Positions 20,076 to 30,084 of a DNA stretch of 64,000 nucleotides are shown in pieces. Under the pieces are notes generated by a model. That model saw nothing but the letters and a program-made list of their open reading frames with translations. It did no database searches and had not been told where the DNA came from. Positions within the stretch are counted from its first letter, which is position 1; the number at the start of each line of letters is the position of its first letter. Source of the DNA: Bacteroidota bacterium (GTDB lineage: Bacteria; Bacteroidota; Bacteroidia; JABDFU01); contig JABDEY010000002.1 of NCBI GenBank assembly GCA_013286805.1, forward strand, positions 1,629 to 65,628, read 5' to 3'. Made by a program: the position numbers and the translations under genes.

Positions 20076-21032
20076 ATGAAAACGAAAATTATTTTCCTTT
20101 CAACTTTTATTTCCATTACAGTAATTTCTTTTACATCTTTCATTTCTTTCACCTCATTTAACGCATTTGACCTGCACAGGAAATTGTCGGTTCATGCCGA
20201 GGGTGGTCAGGCAGCTTCCACAGGCAGCCCGGGAGAATTGGGAACCTGCTCCCGCAGTGGCTGCCATGGCGCGGGTAACGGAGGCTTAGCTGATAATGGA
20301 GGTCCTGGTTCATTAAGTATTACTTCTTCTCCGGTAATGACTGGAGGAAACCAATACGTTGCAGGGCAAACCTACACGATGACCGTAACCATGAGTGAAG
20401 GCGTTAAACCCCGTTTTGGTTTTGCCTGCGAAATACTGGATAACACTGGTAGTACAAACACAAAGGTCAATAACACTGCCGGTAAAATCACCATCCTTGA
20501 CCCAGTTAATACAAGAATATGGCAGTCTTTCGGAACTGGCCGTCTTGCGGTTACCCAGGATACTATGGGTGGCTTTGCAAGAGGAACAGCTTCATTTATA
20601 TTCGGATGGACGGCGCCGACAGTTGCGTCTCCTTCTTATGGAACAGTTAATCTTTATTTATGTGGCAATGCAGCCAATGGTAATTTACTTGCTGATGCGC
20701 CTGATAATATTTATACGCTGACTAAACAGTTAACTCCTGATGTAACGGGTGTTCCTGCGCAAGCTCCGGGAATTTCTGATTTGTACGCTTATCCGAACCC
20801 GTGTAAAGGGATATTCACACTTGGTTGGATTGGAGGAAATAATGGCGTACAAAATAAAAATTGCGCATTGGAAATTTACAATGTAAATGGAATGATTGTT
20901 TATTCGGTTGTGACTGGCAATAGAATGGCTCCGGTTGAAGTCGACCTAAGCAACCAACCTAAGGGCATGTATTTTCTTCGCGGAAATGACGGTTCACATA
21001 AATGGGAACAGAAATTAATCATTCAAAAATGA
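20076..21032 (+). CDS. Hypothetical T9SS cargo with an N-terminal Cys-rich CX4CH motif.
   Basis: Signal peptide. GTCSRSGCHG motif. CTD: LYAYPNPCKGIFTL...GMYFLRGNDGSHKWEQKLIIQK. Confidence 0.6.
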   Translation: MKTKIIFLSTFISITVISFTSFISFTSFNAFDLHRKLSVHAEGGQAASTGSPGELGTCSRSGCHGAGNGGLADNGGPGSLSITSSPVMTGGNQYVAGQTYTMTVTMSEGVKPRFGFACEILDNTGSTNTKVNNTAGKITILDPVNTRIWQSFGTGRLAVTQDTMGGFARGTASFIFGWTAPTVASPSYGTVNLYLCGNAANGNLLADAPDNIYTLTKQLTPDVTGVPAQAPGISDLYAYPNPCKGIFTLGWIGGNNGVQNKNCALEIYNVNGMIVYSVVTGNRMAPVEVDLSNQPKGMYFLRGNDGSHKWEQKLIIQK

Positions 21033-21167
21033 GCAGCAGGAATCGGGAAATTTAATTATACTTGTATGGACTCTTAACCCAGTTTAATCTTATTCAACCA
21101 ATTCAACACTTATTTAAGCAGTTCAAAGTGTATTTAACCTAATCATAAATTTTAACGTGACTCGCTG

Positions 21168-23813
21168 ATGATGAAAATTACGAAACCAACTAAGTCCGGG
21201 ATTAAGCAGGTGATATTTGCGATTCTATTTGTTGTCCTGACGATTACTTCAAATGTTTTGATGGCACAGACTCCAGGCATTACTTCCTTTAGTCCTGCAG
21301 TGGGATCTCCAGGCACATTGGTTACTATAACCGGTACAAATCTGGGCAGCCTGACTGCTTTTACCATTGGAGGAGCGACTGCGGTGCTGGTATCCAATAC
21401 AGGAACGCAATTGGTGGGTCTGGTTATGCCGGGGGCTATTACAGGAAAAATTTCTCTTACAACTGCAGGAGGCACAGGGGTAAGTACTGGCAATTTTACA
21501 TTACAGGCAACGCCTTTTCCAGGCAGGCAACAGGGAAGTAAGTTGTTTGGGACAGGGGGGGCAGGTTCTGCTAATCAGGGTCATTCGGTTTCTGTTTCAG
21601 CGGATGGGAATACGGCTATAGTGGGAGGCGTAAATGATAATGGTGGTGCCGGAGCAATATGGGTATATACCCGTTCTGCCGGAGTATGGAATCAGCAGGG
21701 AAGTAAACTAACAGGTACTGGTGCCGTTGGTTTAGCAAATCAAGGCTGTTCTGTTTCTATTTCAGCCGATGGGAATACGATGATCGCCGGAGGAAACCAT
21801 GATAATTCAGATGCAGGTGCAGCCTGGGTTTACACCCGGTCAGGTGGTGTATGGACCCAACAAGGGAATAAATTGGTTGGAACTGGTGCAGTTAATGGAC
21901 CAGGTGGAGCATATCAAGGCACATCTGTTTCCGTTTCAGCGGATGGAAATACTGCCATAGTAGGTGGATTTAACGATAACAATGGTGCAGGAGCTGCCTG
22001 GGTTTACACACGATCAGGCGGTGTATGGACACAAGCTGGAAATAAACTGACAGGTACGGGGGCTTCAGGTACAGCTAGTCAAGGCTACTCCGTTTCTATT
22101 TCAGCCGATGGAAAAACTGTTATCATTGGAGGCACGTATGATAATTCAGATGTAGGCGCAGTCTGGGTTTTTATCCAGTCCGGGGGAGGATGGACGCAAC
22201 AAGGGAATAAGCTGGTAGGTTTAGGAGCAATAGGCACATCTGAACAAGGCAGCTCAATATGCTTATCAGCTGATGGGAATACAGCCATCGTTGGAGGCTA
22301 TAATGATAATGGTGGTGCCGGAGCAATATGGGTTTATACCCGGTCTGCAGGAGTCTGGACACAACAGGGAAGTAAATTGGTGGGATCCGGGGCAATAAAT
22401 GGATCAAATGGGGCATTTCAAGGTGGTTCGGTTTCCGTTTCAGCTGATGGAAATACGGCAATTGCCGGGGGGAATTTTGATAATAAGGGTAGTGGAGCCG
22501 TCTGGGTATATATCCGGTCAGGCGGAGTCTGGACTCAGGAGGAAAGTAACCTTAATGGAACCGGGGCAGTAGGTTCGGCCTATCAGGGTAGTTCTGTTTG
22601 TATTTCCTCCGATGGGACTACTGCTATAGAAGGCGGGTATTTTGATAATTCAGATGCAGGTGCAGCCTGGATATTTATCCCCTGTTTAAGCTACCCTACT
22701 GTTACTGCCAAGGCATCTTCAACTACTGTTTGCTTTGGAGCAACGGTTGTACTTACGGGAGGAGGAACCAGTACCTATTCCTGGACCGGTGGGGTAACTG
22801 ATGCTGTGGGATTTAAGGATACATTGACAGCCACCTATACTGTCACAGGAACGGACGGGGCTGGCTGTAAAGGCACTTCTTCGGTTACGGTTGCGGTCAA
22901 TCCAAATCCGGTTGCTATCACTATCTGTTCTGTAACTGTTGATTCCCTTTCTAAAAATAATATTATTCTTTGGAGTAAGCCTGTCTCTTCTTCCATCAGG
23001 AGTTTTCTTATTTACAGAGATACTGCAAACAATGCCTATGGGCTGATTGGGGAAGTGAAATATGATTCGCTCAGTCTGTTTGCTGATACGGTACGTACTC
23101 TTTATGCTGCTAATGGAGATCCAAATAATTCATCCTGGAGGTATAAAATTGCTGTAAAGGATACTTGTGGTGCAATCAGCGCTTTGAGTCCTTATCATCA
23201 GACGTTATTTAATCAGAATAACAACGGAAATTTCAGCTGGAATAATTATGTGATTGAAGGCCAGGTCCTGCCTGTTCCTGCGCTTTCAAATTATTTATTT
23301 CAGCGCGACAACCTCTCAAATGGTAATTTTAAAACTATTACGGGCGGAACCCTTAGTGCTTCTTCCATTGCATTTACAGATCCCCAATATTCGGCTTATC
23401 AAAAGACTGCTTCCTGGAGGGTAATGACGGTTTGGAGTATTAGCTGCACTCCAACGTTAAGAACTGAACAATCAGCTACTGTAAATACTTCAAGGAGTAA
23501 TATTAAAAATAATCTGTCTGTTTCAACTGGTATTCCAACAGAGGGTGGTTTTAATTTTGATATGTATCCTAATCCTGCAAAAAATCAATTGACAATTGAG
23601 TACCCGGTAGATTTCAGAAATTGTACAGTCTGTATTTTTAATCTGATGGGTGAGTTGGTTTATACAAATGTATTGGGCGGCTCCGGAGCATCAACTCAAA
23701 AGATGGTAAACACGGAGCATATTGATGTGAGTACTATTGCCTCGGGGATTTATACTGTTTGTGTTTCAGGTAATAAGGGGAAAGTAAATAAAAGGTTCGT
23801 GGTGCTGAAATAG
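21168..23813 (+). CDS. T9SS cargo with IPT/TIG, an 8-blade FG-GAP-type propeller, an additional beta-rich region and a T9SS CTD; a diverged paralog of 2400..4223.
   Basis: Same repeat architecture as 2400..4223, in opposite orientation. CTD: DMYPNPAKNQLTIEYP...GIYTVCVSGNKGKVNKRFVVLK. Near-identical ~70-nt internal DNA repeats (21641-21710 vs 22311-22380). Confidence 0.75.
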   Translation: MMKITKPTKSGIKQVIFAILFVVLTITSNVLMAQTPGITSFSPAVGSPGTLVTITGTNLGSLTAFTIGGATAVLVSNTGTQLVGLVMPGAITGKISLTTAGGTGVSTGNFTLQATPFPGRQQGSKLFGTGGAGSANQGHSVSVSADGNTAIVGGVNDNGGAGAIWVYTRSAGVWNQQGSKLTGTGAVGLANQGCSVSISADGNTMIAGGNHDNSDAGAAWVYTRSGGVWTQQGNKLVGTGAVNGPGGAYQGTSVSVSADGNTAIVGGFNDNNGAGAAWVYTRSGGVWTQAGNKLTGTGASGTASQGYSVSISADGKTVIIGGTYDNSDVGAVWVFIQSGGGWTQQGNKLVGLGAIGTSEQGSSICLSADGNTAIVGGYNDNGGAGAIWVYTRSAGVWTQQGSKLVGSGAINGSNGAFQGGSVSVSADGNTAIAGGNFDNKGSGAVWVYIRSGGVWTQEESNLNGTGAVGSAYQGSSVCISSDGTTAIEGGYFDNSDAGAAWIFIPCLSYPTVTAKASSTTVCFGATVVLTGGGTSTYSWTGGVTDAVGFKDTLTATYTVTGTDGAGCKGTSSVTVAVNPNPVAITICSVTVDSLSKNNIILWSKPVSSSIRSFLIYRDTANNAYGLIGEVKYDSLSLFADTVRTLYAANGDPNNSSWRYKIAVKDTCGAISALSPYHQTLFNQNNNGNFSWNNYVIEGQVLPVPALSNYLFQRDNLSNGNFKTITGGTLSASSIAFTDPQYSAYQKTASWRVMTVWSISCTPTLRTEQSATVNTSRSNIKNNLSVSTGIPTEGGFNFDMYPNPAKNQLTIEYPVDFRNCTVCIFNLMGELVYTNVLGGSGASTQKMVNTEHIDVSTIASGIYTVCVSGNKGKVNKRFVVLK

Positions 23814-23855
23814 GGGTCTATATTGCGTGGATGTTGGAGTTGGCCTTAGTGGTGG

Positions 23856-24563
23856 CTATTTTCCATTCATGGTTTTCATTAACTCCCCCTGAAGCTCTTC
23901 TGTCGTGGTTTCTTTGTATCCTGAAGGAAGGTCAAATTTACTGTCCTCTATTTTTTCTTTTGTAACACTCGTGGTTGTCATTTTCATTTTCATGCCGTTC
24001 ATATCTATGGAGTATTCGAGCGGAAATCCGGGAAGGCTCCTGAACCGTGTGCCATAGGCTTTGCTATTGGCTATTTTATCGGTATAGTAAACTATGGTGG
24101 TGATTTCCCCTGTGCCCAGGCCAGTGCCTGTACCAGTGCCCATGTTCATGGTAATGCTGGCTTTTTTACAGGTGTAGCCGGCAATTTCTTTTGTTTCATC
24201 CAGCAGTACTATTTTTGGTGCCGGGGCATCGGTCTCTTTTTTTATGTCTTCGGGTTTTACTTTTATCATGAATTTGCTTCCCATCATATCCATTAGCGTG
24301 AAGGCGGTTTGTTTCTTGCTGTCTGAAATAACAATGGTGTTGGACATCATGGTTTTTGTGTCCATGCGAAAGTGTTCATTTTTTAGGCTATACACCAGTT
24401 CCATATTTTTCATCATGCCGGCTGCTTCCGGTGGCATATTTTCCATGCCTTCGAGGGTAATGGAGTAGACAATTGTGCCTTCAAACTTATTGTCCTGGGC
24501 GTAGCTGTTCACCAGGGTTGCCAGGGATGCCAGCAGTGTTACTTTTCTTAGGATTTTTTTCAT
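23856..24563 (-). CDS. Hypothetical secreted protein (possibly DUF4412-like).
   Basis: Signal peptide MKKILRKVTLLASLATLVNSYAQ from the internal start. Lys/Met/Thr-rich, no catalytic motifs. Confidence 0.45.
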   Translation of the reverse strand: MKKILRKVTLLASLATLVNSYAQDNKFEGTIVYSITLEGMENMPPEAAGMMKNMELVYSLKNEHFRMDTKTMMSNTIVISDSKKQTAFTLMDMMGSKFMIKVKPEDIKKETDAPAPKIVLLDETKEIAGYTCKKASITMNMGTGTGTGLGTGEITTIVYYTDKIANSKAYGTRFRSLPGFPLEYSIDMNGMKMKMTTTSVTKEKIEDSKFDLPSGYKETTTEELQGELMKTMNGK

Positions 24564-24570
24564 ATATATA

Positions 24571-25185
24571 TTATTCATAAATTTCTTTTTTCCCTTTATA
24601 CGATCCGCAGAAAAACACATTGAGTTTGGCTCCGAACAAGTTCTCATTTATATTGATGTCCCCAAAGGCGCTTATCCCTAATCCAATGTCATAGGTAGCT
24701 TTCAGGATGTATTCTGCATTGAGATACAGGCCGGGACCAGATGCAGCATTTATTGCATATCCGTTCCCATAACGCTGATAAAATTCGGAGTAGGAAAGGC
24801 CTGCAAAATAAGCGAAGTTAAGCGTGGACGATTCGACTCTCTTTCCATAACACAGGTGAAACTGGTAATTGTTATAGCTTCCAAACTGATCGCCGCTCAC
24901 CAGGAGGCCAAACTGGTAGTATTGTCTCCGTAAATGAAAGTTGTAATCGAGCCCGCCCGTAAACTGGGAATTGTCAAAATGATTGTTTTTGGCTGTTCCT
25001 CCGCCGGCGCTTATCCAATTGCTGTATTTACGGAAGACATCGTCCTTTATGATCGTATCCTGTTTCCAGGCTGACAGAGGACTTTGTTTGTCCTGTGCGG
25101 TAACAGATGAAGTCAAAAAAGCAAAGGCAGGCAGGAGGAAGAACGCTATTGCAGCGAACCTACCATAGTTTCCGGCTTTACCCAT
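24571..25185 (-). CDS. Hypothetical outer-membrane beta-barrel-like protein.
   Basis: Signal peptide. Gly/Tyr/Asn-rich alternating pattern, C-terminal aromatic-rich end. The annotated start overlaps the fumC stop by 40 nt, so the real start may lie downstream at a non-ATG codon. Confidence 0.4.
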   Translation of the reverse strand: MGKAGNYGRFAAIAFFLLPAFAFLTSSVTAQDKQSPLSAWKQDTIIKDDVFRKYSNWISAGGGTAKNNHFDNSQFTGGLDYNFHLRRQYYQFGLLVSGDQFGSYNNYQFHLCYGKRVESSTLNFAYFAGLSYSEFYQRYGNGYAINAASGPGLYLNAEYILKATYDIGLGISAFGDININENLFGAKLNVFFCGSYKGKKEIYE

Positions 25186-26543
25186 TGTGTGAATTGGTCA
25201 TCAGTAAGTAATTTTAAATCGATTGCTGCTTTGCGAAGTGAAAGACCTTCTTTGTGCGCTTTCTTGGCGATTTTGGCTGCGTTTTCGTAGCCGATATGTG
25301 GATTGAGGGCAGTTACAAGCATTAATGATTCTTCCAGATGTTTCTGAATTATTTCCAGGTTGGGCCTGATCCCGGTGGCACAATGGTCGTTAAACGAAAT
25401 GCAGACATCTCCAAGCAGGCGTGCGGATTGCAATACGTTTGCTGCTATCAGGGGTTTAAATACGTTCAATTCAAAATGACCGGTGGCGCCTCCGATGGAG
25501 ACGGCTACATCATTTCCCATTACCTGAGCGCAGACCATGGTCATCGCTTCGGGTTGCGTGGGATTCACTTTGCCGGGCATAATGGAAGATCCTGGTTCAT
25601 TGTCCGGAATAATTATTTCCCCGATTCCGCAGCGTGGGCCCGAACTCAGCATACGTATGTCATTTGCAATTTTCATCAGGGAAACGGCGGATCGTTTCAA
25701 TGCGCCGGAGAGTTCTACCATCGCATCATGAGCAGCAAGGGCTTCAAATTTATTGGGTGCAGTGATGAATGGCAGTCCGGTAAGCTGGGCTATTTTTTTT
25801 GCGACCAACACATCATATCCTTTAGGGGTATTCAATCCTGTTCCAACGGCTGTGCCGCCTAATGCCAGTTCGCTGACAGCTGTGAGTGCGTTTTTAATCG
25901 CCCTGATGCTGTTGGTTATCTGCTGGGCATAACCTGAAAATTCCTGCCCCAGTGTGAGGGGGGTGGCATCCATAAAATGCGTGCGGCCGATTTTTACGAT
26001 TGTTTTAAATTCCTCTGATTTTTTTGCCAATGTGGCCTGTAATTTTTCCATGCCGGGTATAGTAAGTTCGCTTACTAATTTGTAAGTGGCTATGTGCATG
26101 GCAGTGGGGTAGGTATCATTCGATGACTGGGATTTATTGACATCATCGTTTGGGTGAAGGATTTTTTTCTCATCTGTCAGTTTTCCTCCGCTTACCACAT
26201 GGGCCCGGTAAGCAATGACTTCATTGGCATTCATATTACTTTGGGTTCCGGAACCTGTCTGCCAGATTACGAGCGGGAACTGATCGTCCAATTTTCCGGC
26301 AAGGATTTCATCGCAGATCTTCGCGATCAGGTCTTTTTTATCCGCAGTCAATACGCCGAGATCAGTATTGGCCAGTGCAGCTGCTTTCTTGAGGTAGGCG
26401 AAGGCATGGATAATTTCTTTAGGCATGGATGCCTCCGGGCCTATCTTAAAGTTGTTGCGTGAGCGCTCGGTTTGTGCGCCCCAATATTTATCGGCTGGTA
26501 CTTTTACCTCGCCCATGGTGTCTTTTTCAATGCGGTATTCCAT
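25146..26543 (-). CDS. fumC: Fumarate hydratase class II.
   Basis: [28 protein letters not shown]...[13 protein letters not shown] (fumarate lyase signature GSSxMPxKxN). Confidence 0.92.
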   Translation of the reverse strand: MEYRIEKDTMGEVKVPADKYWGAQTERSRNNFKIGPEASMPKEIIHAFAYLKKAAALANTDLGVLTADKKDLIAKICDEILAGKLDDQFPLVIWQTGSGTQSNMNANEVIAYRAHVVSGGKLTDEKKILHPNDDVNKSQSSNDTYPTAMHIATYKLVSELTIPGMEKLQATLAKKSEEFKTIVKIGRTHFMDATPLTLGQEFSGYAQQITNSIRAIKNALTAVSELALGGTAVGTGLNTPKGYDVLVAKKIAQLTGLPFITAPNKFEALAAHDAMVELSGALKRSAVSLMKIANDIRMLSSGPRCGIGEIIIPDNEPGSSIMPGKVNPTQPEAMTMVCAQVMGNDVAVSIGGATGHFELNVFKPLIAANVLQSARLLGDVCISFNDHCATGIRPNLEIIQKHLEESLMLVTALNPHIGYENAAKIAKKAHKEGLSLRKAAIDLKLLTDDQFTQWVKPETMVGSLQ

Positions 26544-26617
26544 TTTGACTTTTGTTTTGAATGTTAGGTTTTAAATGGGAATTATAAATTTATGCATTTA
26601 ACTTCTTAAGTAGCTCA

Positions 26618-27710
26618 TTAATTACTGCTCCCGTATTCCATAAGATAGGACTTGATAAAATCATTCAAATCTCCGTCCAGCACTGCCTGGGCATTGGATG
26701 TCTCATGGTCAGTCCGGATATCTTTTACTAATTTATAAGGATGAAGTACATAGTTGCGTATCTGGGAGCCCCATTCGATTTTTTTCTTGCCGGCTTCCAC
26801 GATGTCCCTTGCTTCATTCCGTTTCCGCATTTCGATTTCAAAAAGCTGGGATTTTAAAAGTGTCATTGCTCTGGCTTTGTTCCCGCTCTGAGAGCGCTCT
26901 ACCTGGCAAACAACAACGATCCCAGAAGGTTTATGTGTCAGCTGTACCTTGGTTTCTACTTTGTTTACATTCTGCCCGCCCGCACCTCCTGACCGGGAGG
27001 TCTGCCATTCAATATCGGCATCTTTCACTTCTATGGTAATCTCATCATTTACGAGGGGGTACACATAAACAGATGCGAAGGAGGTATGTCTCTTGGCGTT
27101 GGCATCGAAAGGTGAAATCCTGACCAAACGATGTACTCCATTCTCTCCTTTTAAATAACCATAGGCAAAGTCTCCTTCAAATTCGAGTACGGTGGATTTA
27201 ATTCCGGCCATATCTCCATTCTGTTTGTCTACCTCCTTTACTTTGTAACCGTTTTTTTCGCCCCACATGATGTACATCCGCATCAGCATGCTGGCCCAAT
27301 CGCAGCTTTCTGTTCCGCCTGCCCCTGAGTTGATCTGCAGAACGGCATTCAGGCGGTCTTCCTTTCCGCTGAGCATGTTTTTAAATTCGAGGTCTTCGAG
27401 TTGTTTGAGCCCGATCTGATATTGAGCCATCACTTCGGCCTCTGTGGCATCTCCCGATTTGAAGAAATCAAACAAGAGTTCCAGGTCGTCTACGTTCTTA
27501 ACAATATTTGCGTAGCCTTCTGTCCAGATTTTTTTTGAGCGTATAACTTTTATAAGTTCTTCGGCCTTCCGGGGGTCATCCCAGAATTTAGGGTTCAGGG
27601 TTTTTACCTCTTCTTCCCTTATTTCTTCCAGTTTCCCTGGTACGTCAAAGATGCCTCCCCAACGTTTCGGTACGTTGTTTCAGTTCCTTAATATGATCGG
27701 TAGTAATCAT
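26618..27710 (-). CDS. prfB: Peptide chain release factor 2, made from two frames by a programmed +1 frameshift.
   Basis: Frame 0 runs from ATG 27710 ([21 protein letters not shown]) to an in-frame TGA at 27647..27645, in the classic CUU UGA C context. The +1 frame continues [12 protein letters not shown]...[20 protein letters not shown]...[14 protein letters not shown] (GGQ motif) to 26618. Total 363 aa. Confidence 0.88.
27644..27660 (-). promoter_or_regulatory. prfB: prfB +1 frameshift site: SD-like GGGGAGG, a 3-nt spacer, then CUU UGA C.
   Basis: The reverse complement of 27641-27660 is ggggaggcatctttgacgta, the same architecture as the E. coli prfB autoregulatory shift site. Confidence 0.85.
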
Positions 27711-27860
27711 AGGACAAATCTAAACATATTTTAAATACAATTCAGAGACAGATTATACAGAATTCCGAGCTATAGTTCCGGAATATTTGGTAAAATTGCA
27801 AAACAATCTCTTATAGTGCCTGCAGAAGAAATATATCCCCTTGAGAAGGAGTTTGGTTTA

Positions 27861-28718
27861 ATGAATAAAGTAACTGATTACGTGCAATTTGCCAAGTTAA
27901 GGTTGTCTGCTTTGGTGGTTTTTTCAGCTGCTATTTCTTATTGTACGGTTGCAGTTCATATTGATTGGATTCGGCTTTTGTGGTTGATTCTGGGTGGTTT
28001 TCTGGTGACGGCGTCCTCCAATGGCATCAATCAGATTCTGGAACGGGAAACGGATAAACTGATGTCACGGACTTCCAACAGACCGCTTCCTCAGGGCAGA
28101 ATGGGGCTTAATGAAGCTGTTATTCTGGCTTTATTCCTTGGTGTGGCAGGTGCTCTCATCCTGTTTTCGTTTATTAATATTTTAAGCGGCTTGCTTGGAG
28201 TATTGGCACTGGTACTTTACACGCTGGTGTATACTCCTTTGAAACGCAAGACACCTTTTGCTGTTTTTGTCGGGGCTTTCCCTGGTGCTATTCCTCCTTT
28301 ACTCGGTTGTGTTGCTGCTACAAGCGGATTCGGCAGTTTCAGCGGGCCGGCCTGGATCTTGTTTTCCATACAGTTTATCTGGCAGTTCCCGCACTTTTGG
28401 TCTATAGCGTGGGTGCTGGACGATGATTATAAAAGGGCTGGCTTTAAGATGCTGCCTTCTCCGGGAGGACGCGATAAGTCGAGCGCTTTCCAGATGTTAG
28501 TCTATACTTTATTTTTGTTGCCGATCAGTCTTACTCCGGTATTTTTTGGCATGTCGGGTACTATTTCAGCTATTACCATAACGGTATGTGGACTTATTTT
28601 CATCTACCAGGCACAGAAAGTTTTTAACCAGCTGACTGTTAATTATGCGAGGAACCTGATGTTTGGTTCTTTTGTGTATTTGCCGCTGGTGCAGATTGCG
28701 ATTATGATAGGAAAGTGA
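27861..28718 (+). CDS. ctaB: Protoheme IX farnesyltransferase (heme O synthase).
   Basis: UbiA-family motifs (INQILERETDKLMSRTSNRPLPQGRM). It lies upstream of the oxidase subunits. The ORF-track start 27816 is GTG; ATG 27861 is preferred. Confidence 0.85.
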   Translation: MNKVTDYVQFAKLRLSALVVFSAAISYCTVAVHIDWIRLLWLILGGFLVTASSNGINQILERETDKLMSRTSNRPLPQGRMGLNEAVILALFLGVAGALILFSFINILSGLLGVLALVLYTLVYTPLKRKTPFAVFVGAFPGAIPPLLGCVAATSGFGSFSGPAWILFSIQFIWQFPHFWSIAWVLDDDYKRAGFKMLPSPGGRDKSSAFQMLVYTLFLLPISLTPVFFGMSGTISAITITVCGLIFIYQAQKVFNQLTVNYARNLMFGSFVYLPLVQIAIMIGK

Positions 28719-28745
28719 GTTTAAAGTTTAATAGTTTAGAGTTGA

Positions 28746-29333
28746 ATGCTTACTGAAATTGAGATAAAAGAAGAGATGCGGATGAGCCGGAGGAAGGTTG
28801 CCAAAAACCTTTTGTGGCTTGGAATTGTAGGGATAATTATGCTTTTCAGTGGTTTTACCAGCGCTTACATAGTGCGTCAGGCTAAGGGAGACTGGCTTAG
28901 TTTTACGATCCCTTTTGCTTTTTTTGTAAGTACTGCTTTTATTCTGGTGAGCAGTGTAACGATGAACTGGGCGCTTTCTTCGGCCAAAAAGGGTAATGCG
29001 GGAAGTATAAAGCTGGCTATGCTGTTGACACTATTGCTTGGTATTGGCTTTGCGGTTTCGCAATATGAAGGCTGGAAAAGTCTGGTGCAGCAGCATATTT
29101 ATTTTACAGGACCGGGGAGCAATGCTTCCGCCCAGTTTTTTTACATCATCACTTTTATGCACCTGCTGCATCTGCTGGGTGGGATTATTGCTATTCTGGT
29201 CGTTTATTTTAAAGCATTGGCCCGGAAATATGGCCCTGAAGATTATCTGGGTTTGCAACTTTGTGCTATTTATTGGCATTTTTTGGATGTACTGTGGATT
29301 TATTTATTTTTGTTTCTGTATTTTATTCGTTAA
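28746..29333 (+). CDS. Cytochrome c oxidase subunit III-family protein, paralog 1.
   Basis: Polytopic membrane protein. The C-terminal WHFLDVLWIYLFLFLY matches the COX3 'WHFVDVVW' signature. Confidence 0.7.
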   Translation: MLTEIEIKEEMRMSRRKVAKNLLWLGIVGIIMLFSGFTSAYIVRQAKGDWLSFTIPFAFFVSTAFILVSSVTMNWALSSAKKGNAGSIKLAMLLTLLLGIGFAVSQYEGWKSLVQQHIYFTGPGSNASAQFFYIITFMHLLHLLGGIIAILVVYFKALARKYGPEDYLGLQLCAIYWHFLDVLWIYLFLFLYFIR

Positions 29334-29354
29334 AATTGCATTTAAACTATTTTT

Positions 29355-30083
29355 ATGTCGCACGCTACAACCGGAAATGAAGTTGAACACGGCTGGCAAG
29401 GAGGGGTTTCTCCTTTCAGAACCAGTTACGGAAAGCTATTTATGTGGTTTTTTCTGGTTTCAGATGCCCTGACATTTGGAGGCTTGCTTTGCGCGTATGG
29501 TTTTATGCGTCATAAATATCCGGATGCATGGCCAATTCCTGCCGATGTATTTACGCATTTCCCTTTTGTTGAGAAACACATACCTCTTGCATATGTTGGT
29601 TTAATGACGTTTATCCTGATCATGAGCTCTGTAACGATGGTGCTTGCTGTTGAGTCGGGACACCGGAATAACAAAAAAGGTGTCATTGTCTGGTTGTTCC
29701 TGACAATTATCGGAGGTCTAATGTTTGTCGGTTCCCAGGCCTGGGAGTGGTATCATTTTATTGTTGGATCTGAGCATGGAATTTTGCGTGAAGTATGGAA
29801 TGCAGATGCGGGGAAGTTTGTTACTCAGACCTTTCATGGTGCGAATCTTATTCACAATGAATATGGGCCCGCGGCTTTTGGGGATTTCTTTTTCTTTATC
29901 ACCGGCTTCCATGGTTTTCACGTTTTTAGCGGGGTGATCATTAACATCGTTATTTTCATTATGGTTGTGAAGGGAATTATGGAAAAGAGGGGCCATTATG
30001 AAATGGTTGAAAAAGTGGGCTTGTACTGGCACTTTGTAGATTTGGTTTGGGTGTTTGTGTTTACGTTTTTCTATTTGTTGTAG
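29355..30083 (+). CDS. Cytochrome c oxidase subunit III, paralog 2.
   Basis: C-terminal WHFVDLVWVFVFTFFYLL. The GFHGFHV motif is typical of COX3. Confidence 0.8.
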   Translation: MSHATTGNEVEHGWQGGVSPFRTSYGKLFMWFFLVSDALTFGGLLCAYGFMRHKYPDAWPIPADVFTHFPFVEKHIPLAYVGLMTFILIMSSVTMVLAVESGHRNNKKGVIVWLFLTIIGGLMFVGSQAWEWYHFIVGSEHGILREVWNADAGKFVTQTFHGANLIHNEYGPAAFGDFFFFITGFHGFHVFSGVIINIVIFIMVVKGIMEKRGHYEMVEKVGLYWHFVDLVWVFVFTFFYLL

Positions 30084-30084
30084 G

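Noticed and set aside
21033-21167. Partial inverted and direct AT-rich motifs (TTCAACACTT / AAGTGTAT; TTTAA-N-TTCAA) upstream of the second IPT/FG-GAP gene, as a possible operator.
   Set aside because: Too degenerate to distinguish from AT-rich promoter background by eye. It would need motif statistics.
24571-25185. 40-nt overlap between the start of the beta-barrel ORF and the 3' end of fumC, suggesting a mis-call or a frameshift.
   Set aside because: It is most simply explained by a downstream non-ATG start. There is no evidence of gene disruption, so it is kept as a low-confidence CDS.
26618-27475. prfB as a 5'-truncated gene or pseudogene (the ORF track shows only 285 aa).
   Set aside because: The missing N-terminus is present in the 0 frame upstream (27710..27648) and is joined by the canonical CUU UGA C +1 frameshift. 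The gene is intact.
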